Shown in pieces: positions 37,995-50,000 of a stretch of DNA of 64,000 bases. The translations under genes were made by a program, and so were the position numbers. The notes under the pieces are model-generated. The model was given only the letters and a program-made list of their open reading frames with translations, was not told the DNA's origin and did not search any database. This stretch comes from Mantamonas sphyraenae STR306 (taxonomy: Eukaryota; Protista; CRuMs). Where the stretch lies: contig JAPMXV010000024.1 in the NCBI GenBank assembly GCA_026936335.1, forward strand, positions 68,303 through 132,302, read 5' to 3'. Each line of letters begins with the position of its first letter. The stretch's first letter is position 1.

Positions 37995-38487
37995 TGGGGA
38001 AGTGAGGACACCAGGTAGCTCGAGATGGTGTGGCGACGCTTGCGTGCCACATCTTGCACACGCAGCTGGGATCGTTGTCATCGAATCCATTTGCGCACGT
38101 GTGGATTGGATGGAGAGACGCAAGCGAGGGTGCTTGGCTGCACGTGTCTTCATGTGTGCCAGCAGCGTCTGGAACTCCAGCGGCCACGATCGTTGTTGGG
38201 CTGGTCTCAAAACGAAAAATCTGCGCGCCATCTCGCCCATACGAACAGATGATGACCAGGTGCGCTTTCTCCCCCTTCCCCGCTACCCCCCCCCCCCCCC
38301 CCCCTCCAAACCCCCCACCCCATGACCGCCTGGACAACACTGGGTTGCATTCCTTTCGCCGTGAGCGCGAGGGAAAGTATCCTTGCACACACCTCCCGTA
38401 TGCCACTTCCCATCCCACCACCTTGTACCCATATATATGACCAGTGCAAGGATTGTATGGGCGACACACCAGCCCCCACTGAACACC

Positions 38488-41400
38488 ATGCTGGGTGTCG
38501 GGAGTTTTGGATTGCCCTGCAAACAAAATTTTCTAGTGCGCTTTTTTTCCTTCGTCGTCCTCTCGACCCTTCTCACTCTCCACATACACAGATCCATTGC
38601 AGTTGTTCTTCTCACTCTCTGCGTGCTGGTCTCTGCGGCGGTCGCCCTTCCCGAAACCGTTCTCGAACAAGTCACCGACGCCTCAGACGAGGTCATCCAA
38701 GTGCCCGCAAGCGTGAGCAAAGCCCAATTTTTCGACGAGGCTTCTTTCGTCGAGCCGCACGAGCTGGGCAATACCAACCAAGAGCTGAACGAAAGCGACT
38801 TTGAGCCATTGCAAGGCCTGCTTGGTGACATTGAGGCGCTCAAGACCCCAAAGGCCGTCCGTACCTTTGTGCGTGGGCCGGTGGTTGTGCACCCCGACTA
38901 CCTGGCGATTCGCGAGTCACACCGCTCCCACCTGCAGATGCTGGTCAAGCCGGTCAACGAGCTCGACAACCAGATGTCGCTCAAGGCTCTGCGCCGGCAA
39001 GCGCACCATGCGGTCCGGGAAGCCACCGGGCAAAAGCCTGATTTGCGCGACGAAGTGCTCAACGACTTTGACGACGAAACCATCCGTCTGCACGCAAAGA
39101 GCATGGCCCAACTGGCCCAACAGGGGCTCATCCCCTCTGGATTTGCCACAGACGGCGCCTTTACGGCCACCTGCGAGTTTATGCGTGCTCACAACGCGAT
39201 TCATGTGGGTTCGCGCTTCAGCTCGCCAAGCGGCATCTTCAAGGTGACGAACATCCAGGCCCCGCTCGGATCACCAGCGTGGACAAAGGGTAGCAACCTC
39301 ACGTGCACCCAGCACTCGCTGCCATACCATCTGTTGTGCGCCAATGCAGAGCTGGAGGACGTCGTTCAGGACGCCATGGTGCAGGCTGAGCTGACGCAGC
39401 TGCCCGGAAACGTGTACGACGAACTCCAGGGCAAGGTGGTCGACCAGTCGGTGGCCGCTCAAGTGCAGCGTGACCTCAAGCGCACCATTGTCATGCAGCG
39501 CGAGTCTGCTCGCGCTGCCATGGCCGCAAACTACGACGAGCACACGCAATCGTCCCTGAAGGACATGGCCGATGCCGTGTGGCGACTTGCCAGCAATCGC
39601 ATGTCCAACCTTGGCCTGGGCCAGCACCGAGAGGTGCACGAAGCCACCAAGGACCTGCGGGACAACATTGTGCAGGACACGGCGGAGCTGTTTGACAATC
39701 TCAAAGACACCCTGCTGGACGACGTGCACGAGTTGCATGACGACATTGCGGACAACCCGGACAACGTGGACAGCGAGGATGCCCAGGTGCACCCTGAGCT
39801 CCAGGCCCTCGTAGATCTCCACGACGACGAGTCGGCGACTGGCGACGTCGTGGACGACGATGACATGTATGCCAACTCTCTACCGCAGTCGGGGGACGAC
39901 TACGACGATGAGGAGCAGGATGATGATGAGGAGGAGGAGGAGGAGGAGGAGGCAGACGAGGAAGAAGAAGACGTCACCAGCTCGGGCGAAGAACTCCAGG
40001 ACCAGAACCGGGACACGTGGGGCAGAGCCAGACGCTGGGTCAGAAGGGCCGTCCGCACAGTCCAGCGAGGGCTCAACAGGGTCGCTCGTGCCATGCAAAA
40101 GGCGTGGAGCGCCATCAAACGGTTTGCCCGTCGCGCAGTCAACACAATCCGCCGCGCAGTCTCCAACATGGTCAACGCCATCAAGCGTGTCGCCAATCGC
40201 GCATGGAGCGCCATCAGGCGCGTGGCCAACAAAGTGGCCAAGGATTTCAAGCGCTTCGGCAAGCAGATTGCCAAGAGCGTGAAGAAGTTTGCTGGTGCTG
40301 TGGCCAAGGTTGCCAAGAAGGTTGGCAAGGCCGTCGTGGCAACCGTGAAGAAGATCGGCAAGGCCGTGGTCGCCGTAGGCAAGCAGATCTACAAGGTAGG
40401 CAAGATGCTGTACAAGCTGGGCAAGTTCTTGGTCGCCATGAGCACTGGCACGGCCAAGTACAACGAGTCGTTCTCGTTCGGCTTCAAGAAGAAGCTGACC
40501 GACGTGGACATCATCAACACGGCCGAGGATCCACTGGATGCACTCAAGGCAAAGGCCATGGAGAAGTTTGAGGACAAGCGCACGGGCACCACAAAGGCCC
40601 AGCGAGAAAAGATGGCCGAGGACAAGAAGAAGGAAGCTGCCAGGAAGAAGAAGGAAAAGGAGATTGCCAAGAAGAAAGCACAAGCGGAAAAGGACCGCAA
40701 GGCCGGCAAGAAACCGAAGCGACTCACAAAGGCGCAGAAGCGTGCTGCCAAGAAGAAAAAGGCTGCTGCAGCCAAGAAGAAAAAGGCAGATGCGGCCAAG
40801 AAGAAGAAGAAGAAGAAGATCGATATCAAGCTGAACGTGCTGGTCCGTGCGCTGACGTTTGAGATCATTGTGATGCCCAAGCTGGTGGTGGGCATCCACA
40901 TCCGCAAGTACGTTCCTCAGTCTGTCAAAATGGAGCTGCGAGCCCATTTCAAGATTGACGCCAAGCTGTTGGTACAGCTCACTGCCGAGTGGACCAAGGA
41001 AAAGGACAAGAAAGTGTGGGAGAAGACGGTGAAGCGATTCAAGTTCTCTTTGGGGCCGATTCCGATCTGGATTGCCGTCAAGGCACAGGTGTATCTGGGT
41101 GTGAGCATCACCATCCGCGCCGGCATGCAATTCAACATCGGTGGACTGTACGAGCTCAAGATGACGCTTGGAGCGCACTGCGCCAAGACGCCCGACCCAA
41201 AGACGGGCAAGAAGAAGTTCAAGTGCAGGATGAAAAAGAGCACCAAGGAGAATCAGAAGTTCATCAAACCCAGTGGGTTCCGTCCATGTGGCTCCATCGA
41301 AGTGGAGGTGTTCTTCCGCCCACAACTGGCGCTGCATGTGTACGACGTCTCAGGCCCGGCATTTGGCATCGAACCGTACCTGAAACTGGTGTTCCAGCCC

Positions 41401-44031
41401 CAGGGTGCCACGGAGTGTGTTGCGCCCAATCCATCCAACGAGATCTTGACGCGCTCGACCGAGACGCCCGCCGCAGCAAACGAAAAGGCAGGAGGCAACA
41501 AGTTGACCCTCTTTCTCGGACTACGTCTGAAGTTGACTTTTCAGGTGACCATTGCGGGAAAGGAGCTGGTGGACGAGGCATTCCCCTTGTGGGAGATGCC
41601 GGAGATCAAGCTGTTTTCGTTCGAGCTGAAGATTCCCTCGCTGTCCAAGCTGAAATCGATGGCCAAGAAGATGGGCAAAGCGATCAAGAAGGCCAGTGTG
41701 CAGGACGACGACAACCTGGAGAGGCTGATTGTGCGCCCTGCACACACGATGACACTCGCCGAACTGGCGGCGCTGCCAGAGACGCGCAACCCACGGCTCA
41801 TCGTCAACTGGTGGCCAGGACAGCGCACGGACCTGCGTGAGCGCACTGTGCAACAGATGCGTGACGAGGCGGATTTGGAGCATCAGGACGACGAGCTGGC
41901 GGACAAAATGGCCTCGGAGATCACGGGCAACAAGCGCACAGTGGACGTGGCCGACTCGGACGCGGACGCCGCGTGGCGCAAAACGCTGGACTGGCATGCG
42001 TACCAGCACCGCAAGTTGACCATGGAGCTTCAGGCTGAGCACCGCAAGCATGGGCACCAGATGCGCGAGTGGCATCGGTACTGGAACAGGATGTACCGCG
42101 TGTGGAAACCAAAGTACGAGGACTACAAACGGCGGATCCACTCGACGGAGCACCGTTACAACCAGCTGCATCGGCACCTCCGCCACTTGCACCACCGGGT
42201 GCACCACCTGAACGGCAAACTTCATCAGCTGCGACACGCAAGGCACATGTACCAAATGTTGGTTGCCCGAGGACATCATCAATTTGTGGGAGTTCTGCAC
42301 CATGCGCATCGTTTGCTGAACTCTGTGCACCACCAGCTGCACGCAGTGCGCCGGGACATTGCGCACACTCGCCACAGGATCAACCAGGCACAGCGTCACC
42401 TGCACAGCCTCAGGACCCTGCGCAACCACATGCGACATCTGCTGCAGAGGCGCCACAACATGGCCACGTATCTGTTTCACCGCTACAAGCACATTGTGGC
42501 CCGACTTGTTCACCGTCGCCGCCATGAGCTGCACCGCCTGAACCTGGCCCGTCTGAGATGGGACAATGCGCACCTCGTCGCATCCAACACGAAGCTGGAG
42601 CGCTACGAGCAGCACGTGGTCAAGCGCCGCCGACGCGAATTGTCCCAGGCGAAACACAAACTGCGTGTGGCATGGTCGCACTACAACCATATCAACCACC
42701 AGGTACGCGTGTACTATCAGCGTGCAGAACACGCACATCGCGTGATGATGCACTACCGCCACCGCTACAACAGCACGAGGCATCGTTTGCACCAGATGTA
42801 CGGGTTGCGCCACCATGCGCATCAGATGATCCGCTTGGGCCACCGTCTGGGACACCGTGGGGGCCATTTCGTACATCATGGAAGGGCGTTGCTACGCCGT
42901 GTCAACCCCCAGATTGCACACCTGGAGAGGCATCAGCGCCACATGCATCACAAAATGCAACACTACAGGCGTCTCAAGCACCAGCTGTGGCGTGGCTTCC
43001 ACCACCGTTTGCACCTCCGAAAACCGCGTCGGCGCGCTCTGGAACATTGGAAGCGCCGTGTGAGCTGGTTCGAAGAGTCGATCCGCTACCACCAACGCCG
43101 GGTGCGCCATGCGCGTATGGAGGCGCGCTTTGCACGCGCTCGCATCCAGATGGAGAAGCACCATGCGCATCTGCGACGAACCCTGCGGACCCGTGCACAC
43201 GCCCTGCGTCTGGCCCGCTTCCAGTACTTCCGATGGAAGAATCGCCACAACGAGCACCGCGTCAACGTAGCTCTGGACCGGTTCCGCTTGGCGCAGGCCA
43301 GGACCATGGGCCGCGAGGAAGTGCTGTACCGCATTGCTTCTGTGACGGCGCGCTACCGAACGCAGAACGCAAAGATGGTTGCCACACAACACCGCATCAG
43401 GCGTTTGCGATCGAACGCGGCAGCAGAAACGCGTGCTGCACAGCATTGCCTGCGGGAAATGGATCGGCACCAGCACCATAGGCATGCAAAGCAGATCATC
43501 GCGTTCTGGCGGCCTCGGTACAGGAACCATTCGAACAGGGCACTGCACATGAACAACCAACTCAACGACGAGATCAACAGGCTCGGCCGTGAAGAGCGCG
43601 CGCTGGACGGATACAGGCATACGCTCAACATCCTCAACTCTGCCGGACGTGTCGCCATTCAGGACGCGGAGAAGGTCAAGGTGAAGAAGCAGCTGTTGGC
43701 CATGCTGGCGCAACCCGCGGTGCGCAAGCTGCGCCACGAGGCCCGCAAAGCGCGCATCATGCGCAAATCGGCTCTGCGCAACCTGCATCGTGTGATCCGT
43801 GCCGAGACCATGCCCCGTGCCTACCGCGCGATCATCCTGAAGGAGATCCGGGAGGTTCTCGTCACCACCAGGCATGCCCTGGATCAGGACTTTCTCCTGA
43901 ACCAAAGAATCATCGAGATTGCACGTCAGGGTGGTGTGCACGCGAACAGCTTCCTGTCTGCGTCGCGCACGCATCCAGAGGCAATGCGACGAATGGATGA
44001 TCGGGAGCTGCGCAGGGCTGCGAGGCGTTGA
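38488..44031 (+). CDS. Large secreted orphan: acidic pro-region, cationic amphipathic helices, beta-rich domain, His/Arg-rich helical region; exact start uncertain
   Basis: 5.6-kb uninterrupted ORF with strong GC3 bias; signal-like SIAVVLLTLCVLVSAAVA; clear compositional blocks. Confidence 0.85.
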   Translation: MLGVGSFGLPCKQNFLVRFFSFVVLSTLLTLHIHRSIAVVLLTLCVLVSAAVALPETVLEQVTDASDEVIQVPASVSKAQFFDEASFVEPHELGNTNQELNESDFEPLQGLLGDIEALKTPKAVRTFVRGPVVVHPDYLAIRESHRSHLQMLVKPVNELDNQMSLKALRRQAHHAVREATGQKPDLRDEVLNDFDDETIRLHAKSMAQLAQQGLIPSGFATDGAFTATCEFMRAHNAIHVGSRFSSPSGIFKVTNIQAPLGSPAWTKGSNLTCTQHSLPYHLLCANAELEDVVQDAMVQAELTQLPGNVYDELQGKVVDQSVAAQVQRDLKRTIVMQRESARAAMAANYDEHTQSSLKDMADAVWRLASNRMSNLGLGQHREVHEATKDLRDNIVQDTAELFDNLKDTLLDDVHELHDDIADNPDNVDSEDAQVHPELQALVDLHDDESATGDVVDDDDMYANSLPQSGDDYDDEEQDDDEEEEEEEEADEEEEDVTSSGEELQDQNRDTWGRARRWVRRAVRTVQRGLNRVARAMQKAWSAIKRFARRAVNTIRRAVSNMVNAIKRVANRAWSAIRRVANKVAKDFKRFGKQIAKSVKKFAGAVAKVAKKVGKAVVATVKKIGKAVVAVGKQIYKVGKMLYKLGKFLVAMSTGTAKYNESFSFGFKKKLTDVDIINTAEDPLDALKAKAMEKFEDKRTGTTKAQREKMAEDKKKEAARKKKEKEIAKKKAQAEKDRKAGKKPKRLTKAQKRAAKKKKAAAAKKKKADAAKKKKKKKIDIKLNVLVRALTFEIIVMPKLVVGIHIRKYVPQSVKMELRAHFKIDAKLLVQLTAEWTKEKDKKVWEKTVKRFKFSLGPIPIWIAVKAQVYLGVSITIRAGMQFNIGGLYELKMTLGAHCAKTPDPKTGKKKFKCRMKKSTKENQKFIKPSGFRPCGSIEVEVFFRPQLALHVYDVSGPAFGIEPYLKLVFQPQGATECVAPNPSNEILTRSTETPAAANEKAGGNKLTLFLGLRLKLTFQVTIAGKELVDEAFPLWEMPEIKLFSFELKIPSLSKLKSMAKKMGKAIKKASVQDDDNLERLIVRPAHTMTLAELAALPETRNPRLIVNWWPGQRTDLRERTVQQMRDEADLEHQDDELADKMASEITGNKRTVDVADSDADAAWRKTLDWHAYQHRKLTMELQAEHRKHGHQMREWHRYWNRMYRVWKPKYEDYKRRIHSTEHRYNQLHRHLRHLHHRVHHLNGKLHQLRHARHMYQMLVARGHHQFVGVLHHAHRLLNSVHHQLHAVRRDIAHTRHRINQAQRHLHSLRTLRNHMRHLLQRRHNMATYLFHRYKHIVARLVHRRRHELHRLNLARLRWDNAHLVASNTKLERYEQHVVKRRRRELSQAKHKLRVAWSHYNHINHQVRVYYQRAEHAHRVMMHYRHRYNSTRHRLHQMYGLRHHAHQMIRLGHRLGHRGGHFVHHGRALLRRVNPQIAHLERHQRHMHHKMQHYRRLKHQLWRGFHHRLHLRKPRRRALEHWKRRVSWFEESIRYHQRRVRHARMEARFARARIQMEKHHAHLRRTLRTRAHALRLARFQYFRWKNRHNEHRVNVALDRFRLAQARTMGREEVLYRIASVTARYRTQNAKMVATQHRIRRLRSNAAAETRAAQHCLREMDRHQHHRHAKQIIAFWRPRYRNHSNRALHMNNQLNDEINRLGREERALDGYRHTLNILNSAGRVAIQDAEKVKVKKQLLAMLAQPAVRKLRHEARKARIMRKSALRNLHRVIRAETMPRAYRAIILKEIREVLVTTRHALDQDFLLNQRIIEIARQGGVHANSFLSASRTHPEAMRRMDDRELRRAARR

Positions 44032-44375
44032 GAGTGCCTGCGCAGAGGTTCACGTACTTTGCAGGTGAGCTTCATTATTGGCTGCACCCGTATTTGTTGT
44101 TGTGGTCAGCGTGGCTGCCTGTGTGCACAGACCGCTGCCAGGCGTCGCTTGCGTGCTTGATTGCCACCAGCTGGCTGCGATGACTGGTCCTCAGGCAGCC
44201 GTACCCAGCCAGAACATGACCCTCGCCAACACCTCGTCAGGTAGGTGGGACTCAGAGCATGCTGAGCGGTCGCGTGGAGGAGGGCCGATGACGGGGTGTG
44301 GCAGGCATGGATCTGGTGCCATGGCGGGATTGTGCGTGGTTCATCATCAGGAACACAGTGAATCCGTTGACTGGT

Positions 44376-46427
44376 CTATGGTGTGGGCACAATGGTCATC
44401 TTGGAAGTGTGGCAGCTGAAAGCAGGGTACCACGTGTCGTCGCCAATGTTGTCGATGGTGACGTCGACATTCCCATTGCGGGAGAAGGTCAGTGTGTGGG
44501 CTGTGGTGTCCACCTCCACCGTCACAATGTCGCCTTGGTTGTAGTGCGTGTTGACGCTCGTGTAGCTTCCATTTCTCCGCGTCTGTCCACTTGAGGCGCA
44601 CGAATACCAGCTGTAGCTTCCCCGCATGCCTCCTGTGGGCCATGTGGTGTCAGTACTCGGTGTATGGTGTCTCTGGGATGTGGTGACTTACCAACTGCTT
44701 TGCTTCTGAGATCACAGGAGCTGTTGCAGATTCCGATCGCGCTGAAGTTCAATCGGTCCACTCGCACGCTCCATCGCTGTCCCGAGCGCAGCTGCTTCTT
44801 GCCAACCCATGTTGTATAACTCCCTCCAGTCACATCCAGGCTGTTCTCCGTGAATGTTCCTCGGCTTTTGTCGACCCGGTCCCAGTCCAGACTCGGGATG
44901 ATCTCTCCTCCAAATTCTCGTTTCTTGCTATTGACTGGTTCCTGACCTCTCGTGCATCGCAGGGCATCTAGCAGACCATCCACCAACACCTCCAAGTCCA
45001 CATACCGCGTGTCCCACTCTCCATCCACCTTCATCCTTTCCAGACGTTCCGGACTCAGCAAACCAAACCGCACACAACCATACATCCGCCGTTCCCACCC
45101 TCCCTCCTCCCCCTCCCCATCATGATCCTCCACATATCTCTCCACAATCTCCAGCACATCGTCCTCACTCCTCACATCGATCCCATCGGCACTCAGAATC
45201 AGCTCGGCCACCCACACCGGCAGCCCGCTCAGGTTCACACGCCCATCCTCCCGAATGTCATCCAGCTTCCCTGCAATTGTCACACACAATCCTCTCACCA
45301 CATCCTCACTCGCACCTTTCGTCAGTGCCACCTTCAGCAAACCCATGTCCTCGTGATGCTTCACGCCGTCCAACAATCCACTCAAGTACTCCACCTCCTC
45401 CGCCTCCACCATCTCCTCCACATCCACACTGTCCAAATACCCACCCACCACCCGTGCCAGCTTCCTCTTGTCCACTCTCTTCTCCCCATGCTGCTCCAAC
45501 GCCACCTTGACCATTGCCACAAACACACAGCCCCGCATAAACGCAAACGCCCCACGTGCCACCTTGCCACCACTCACCGCATCTGCCACCTTGCTCCACT
45601 CCATTGCCACCCGCAACACACTTGCATGGTACACATTGGAGTGCACCACCTCGGCGACGCCCATGGCCCCCACGCGACTGCCCCCACGACACATCCTCAC
45701 CAGTGTCTCTGCATCATGCTCCTGTCCCACCCACTGCATCACATGCTCCGTCAGCATGGGCATCAGCCAGAACTGTGCCACGGCCAACAGACTGTAACAC
45801 AGCTCCACGTTGGTCACAGGCAGGGTACCGCCGTAGCACCACCCTACCGCCACTTCCATTGCACGCAACACACCCACACTCTGTGTGCCCCGCTTCACCA
45901 CCATTCGAAACATCCCTCCTCCCTGTCCATCCTCCCCGCTGTGTTCCAACACCGCTGCCCCCGACGACGCTGCTGCCCCGTCCTCAACCTCCAGCAGATA
46001 CCGCCACATTCCGCTGTGCAGACACAGAAACGAACGGTGTGCACGAAGCACCACATCCTTTCCTCCCAGATCGTCTCCATCTGGTGTCCCGTCATTGTCC
46101 ATTCGCTGGTGTGAGCGTGGTTCAATCTCTTCCTTCCGCCACTGCCAACCACTCACCCGCTCCATCCAGTCCTTCCAGCACAATCTCCACATCGGCACAC
46201 AGGCCACTCTTGTACATGTCATGATACAGCGTGCGCACTGCCGGCGATGTGTCGGGTCCTGCCTTGCCCTGCAGCGGCGAAAGAGGGCCGTACGCCTTTG
46301 TGCGCTCCGACTGCAGGTAATGGTCAGGTCCATCGGTGGACAGACCATGCGCACTGCCCATCCCATGGTTGGTGTTGCTGCTGCTGCCTGCCTTGCCCTT
46401 GCCCTTGCCCCGTGCGATTGTGCTCAT
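44376..46427 (-). CDS. BTB/POZ - BACK - SPRY domain protein, three exons (introns ~46156-46081 and ~44690-44633)
   Basis: LYHDMYKSGLCADVEIVL and LRAHRSFLCLHSGMW (BTB); LILSADGIDVRSEDDVLEIVERY and CVRFGLLS (BACK); WSVRVDR..SAIGIC and GDIVTVEVD..TLTFSRNG...WYPAFS (SPRY). Phase-compatible GTGAGT and GTAAGT donors. Confidence 0.82.
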
Positions 46428-47075
46428 TGGTCCCCCACTCTGTGTGTGTGTTTCGTGTTGTTGTGTCACACCCGTCGCATGGCACACCCCATCCATCAAC
46501 CACCACCAAGAACGCAGATCTGGCATGGGCAGTGGCGGTGGAATTGCCTTTGTTCACTCGATTGACAATGTGCAAGCAAAGGGGGTCGACACCACACCTT
46601 TCTTCCTCGGACGCAGCAAGAGAGTATGAAGTGGCCGTGCCATGCTTGTAATATGTTGTTCTGGTGGTGCACATGCTCCAACCTGTGTCGGACAACGTGA
46701 GGGAAACGGCATGAGGCGGGTTCAATCAAACAAAGATCCGAAGGGCCGGGCCATGGCCGAGCGTTGGGGTTCGGACTTTGCAGGGAAACAGCGATTGGAT
46801 TAGATTCCATGCTGTTGCGATGGTTCCCCACTTTTGTTGAATCGCTGGCTTTGGTAGTCTTCATGTGTTGGAGTGATTCAGAACGGAGCCATCCAGCGCA
46901 AACAAGGTGCTCCCTGAGATGCTGAGAAGCAGCAGCGAATGCATGTGTGAGCTTGATTGTGGATCCTATGTGGATTCAGTGCTGGGATCGATCGTTGTGG
47001 TGTTGGGACGTGGTGCCAGCTCGGGCTTTGCCAAAGCAAACCCACGTTCAAGGCCACCACTGTGGACACACATTC

Positions 47076-50000
47076 ATGTCACGAAAGCGTCCCACGGTGG
47101 ATGGAGAGGAGGAGGATGTGGCTGATGAGGAAGAGAAGCCGTCTGTTGACACCCCTGCGCCCAAACGTCAGCGGGTAGCCAAGATGCGCGCGGTGGCAAA
47201 GCTCGCCAGCCACACAGACGACATGACGGTGGACGACACACAGACAAGCAGGTAGGAAGCCCTGTCGCCACCCATTCTTCCCCACTCCACCCTTTATCTG
47301 TGCTGACATGGCCATGGGTGTGCTGTGTGTTTCTGACAGGTCGGCATCCGGCGACCACCAGCAGCAGCTGGGTGACGCAGCACAGAGCACTACGTCACGC
47401 CGCCCCCTTCCCCAGAGAACACCACCCTCTCGCATGGAGACACTGCTGTCACAGGTGCCAGTGGAGGTGTGGGAGCGTGTGGTGCCTCGGTTGGACGCGG
47501 GTGGTGCCCTTGCCCTCTTCTCCATCAACACACACATGGTGGACATGGGCGACCTGTACCAAGTGGACAACCAACCACTGAGGAGCACTCTTGTGTCCAC
47601 GCTGGGCAAGATTGGCGGTGTGGTGGTCAAGTTTGGCGACAAACGGCACCGGGTGCCGCGGCTGAACCGGCTCTACCTGAACCGGACCCTGTTTGAGCTG
47701 TTTGGGGAGAACAGTGTGCCTGAGCGCATGCATGCAAAGGAACTGCCATCTTTGTGTGGACGCTCACTGCCTGTGCTGTACTGTGTGCTGCGGCGAACAA
47801 CACTGAGCGAAAGTTGGGAGGACGACGGCGACCACTACTTCACCCTGCTGGGCGCTGTCGATAGATGCCTGCCTTTCCAAGAGGCAATAGTAGGTGTAAT
47901 GTCGGCAGCTGGTGCCCCGGAGTATGTCGTGGAAGACATTGACAGTGATTCCGATTCGGGTGAGTTCGGGAACACCGTGTGGGGCAATGTGTGCGTGGGT
48001 GAAGCGGACTCAAAGGGACGAACACTGGCAGACGTGCCACTTTCCAACATCGTTGCACACGTAAAGCGTGTCACGAAAGAAGGGGGTGGGCAGGTGTGGC
48101 ACACCGCTTCCGCATTGACGCAGGTGTTTGTGGGACACGGCCTTGCCGGTGTGAAGGAAGCAATGGCAGTGGGACTGAGCGGGTGTGAACGCATGCTTGC
48201 CTGCATTGCAGAAATGTTGCCAGAGGCCGAGTGGCCAAAGGCGTTGCAAGCAGTCTGTGAGTCGGAGAAGAACTTGACTCTGTTGCGGGAGTTGGCAAAT
48301 GTTCTGGACAACCGTGCACTTGTTTCATGTGTGCTTTCCACGCTACCCATGGACACTCTGGTCGTGAATGCACCAGCCGATGCACTGCACAACGCACTCG
48401 TCCTGGTGAAGGGTGAGGAGACGGCCATGGCCACACTTGTCGAACACGCCACGCTGCTCTTCGAGGCTGCACAGCAGTATCGGGCAACGGCACAGTGGAT
48501 TGCCAGCACACCTGAAATCGTGTCACAACTGGACAACGATGCTGTGGTACAGCTGTACCGAATGTATTATCTGCAGCAGCTTCTGGCTGTTCTGGTGGAA
48601 CGGGAGGCGTGGAAGGAAGTCATTGACATGGCCAGACCAGGGGATTTGACGGAAGTGCTTGACAAGAATGGCATGGTACTTCCGCACGAGCTTGTCCTGC
48701 CATTTCTCAAGTGTGCCACAGGAGTCGAAGCTACCACCACCGTGGAGTGGGTGCTGGTCCACCACGGGGAACAGCTGGATGATGACACTGTATCGGACGT
48801 GTACAAGGCATGCCCACACAAGGAACCCATTCGTGTGCTGGTGGAACGGAAGGCATGGGAGATGGTTGTTGACATAGCCAGACCTAGTGATCTGAGGGCG
48901 GCCCTTGACAGCAAGGGCATGGTCCTTCCGCAGGAGCATGTGCTGCCATTTCTCGAGCGTGCACGAGGAGGTTCTTCCAAGGAAGCAAGTGCCGCCGTGG
49001 AGTGGGTGCTGGTCCACCACGAGGAACAGCTGGATGACGACACTGTGGCGGAACTGTACAAGAAACATCGACACAAGGAAGCCATTCGTCTGCTGGTGGA
49101 ACGGAGGGCATGGGAGATGGTTATTGACATAGCCAGACCTAGTGATCTGAGGGCGGCCCTTGACAGCAAGGGCATGGTCCTTCCGCAAGAGCACGTGATG
49201 ACATTCATCAAGCGTGCCCGAAAGGATCCAACCATTCATCATCGTGAACGCATTGGTGCTGTGCGGTGGGCGGTGGAGCAACACACGGCGCAACTGGGGC
49301 TCGAGACCGTGCTCGAGTGCTACAGGTGTGACCATGACCAATGGCTGTTGCCAGTGTTGTTGTCCAAGGACAACTTCGAGGATGACGACAGGGCATTGTG
49401 GGTGCCATACGAGCTGAAGGAGAACACGTGGGCCGAAGCCATTCGCGTAAGCTTGCAAGAACGCTGGCAACAGCAGGTGCATCGATGTGTGAGCGTGTGC
49501 AGAGAGATTGGGGCTGAGGCGTTTGTGGAATACGTGCGGCAGTGGATGAGCAGAACAGTGGGGAAAGAACCCTGCAACGACTCGGAGGTGATGGCAGTGG
49601 CCATGGAGGGGCTGGAGAACGCGGATTTGGTGAAGGTGGGCAAGCTCGTGAACGCGGAAGAGCTGGAGACAGGACGGTGGTCGAAGGAACTGGCCACAGA
49701 GGCTTGGTGGATGCAACTGCTGGACGATGGGTTTCCTCTGAACGTACTGGGCATCATAATCCCTCGAATCGACGGCTCCTTTGATTACAGTGAAGAGCTG
49801 CAGTGGCGCATCGTCCGTGGGCTCATTGAGCAAGGAATGAGTCTCGTTTTGAGCTCGTTCTTGAAGAGAAGCAGCAAGCTGGACCTTGCGAAGGACGTTT
49901 ATCCGTATCTGTACGAGTTGGACAGCTCGACCGCACTCGAGAAGCTGCATGAAATCCGCATGTGCGTGGACAACGAGGTGTTGCTTGCGCTTCTGCAGCA

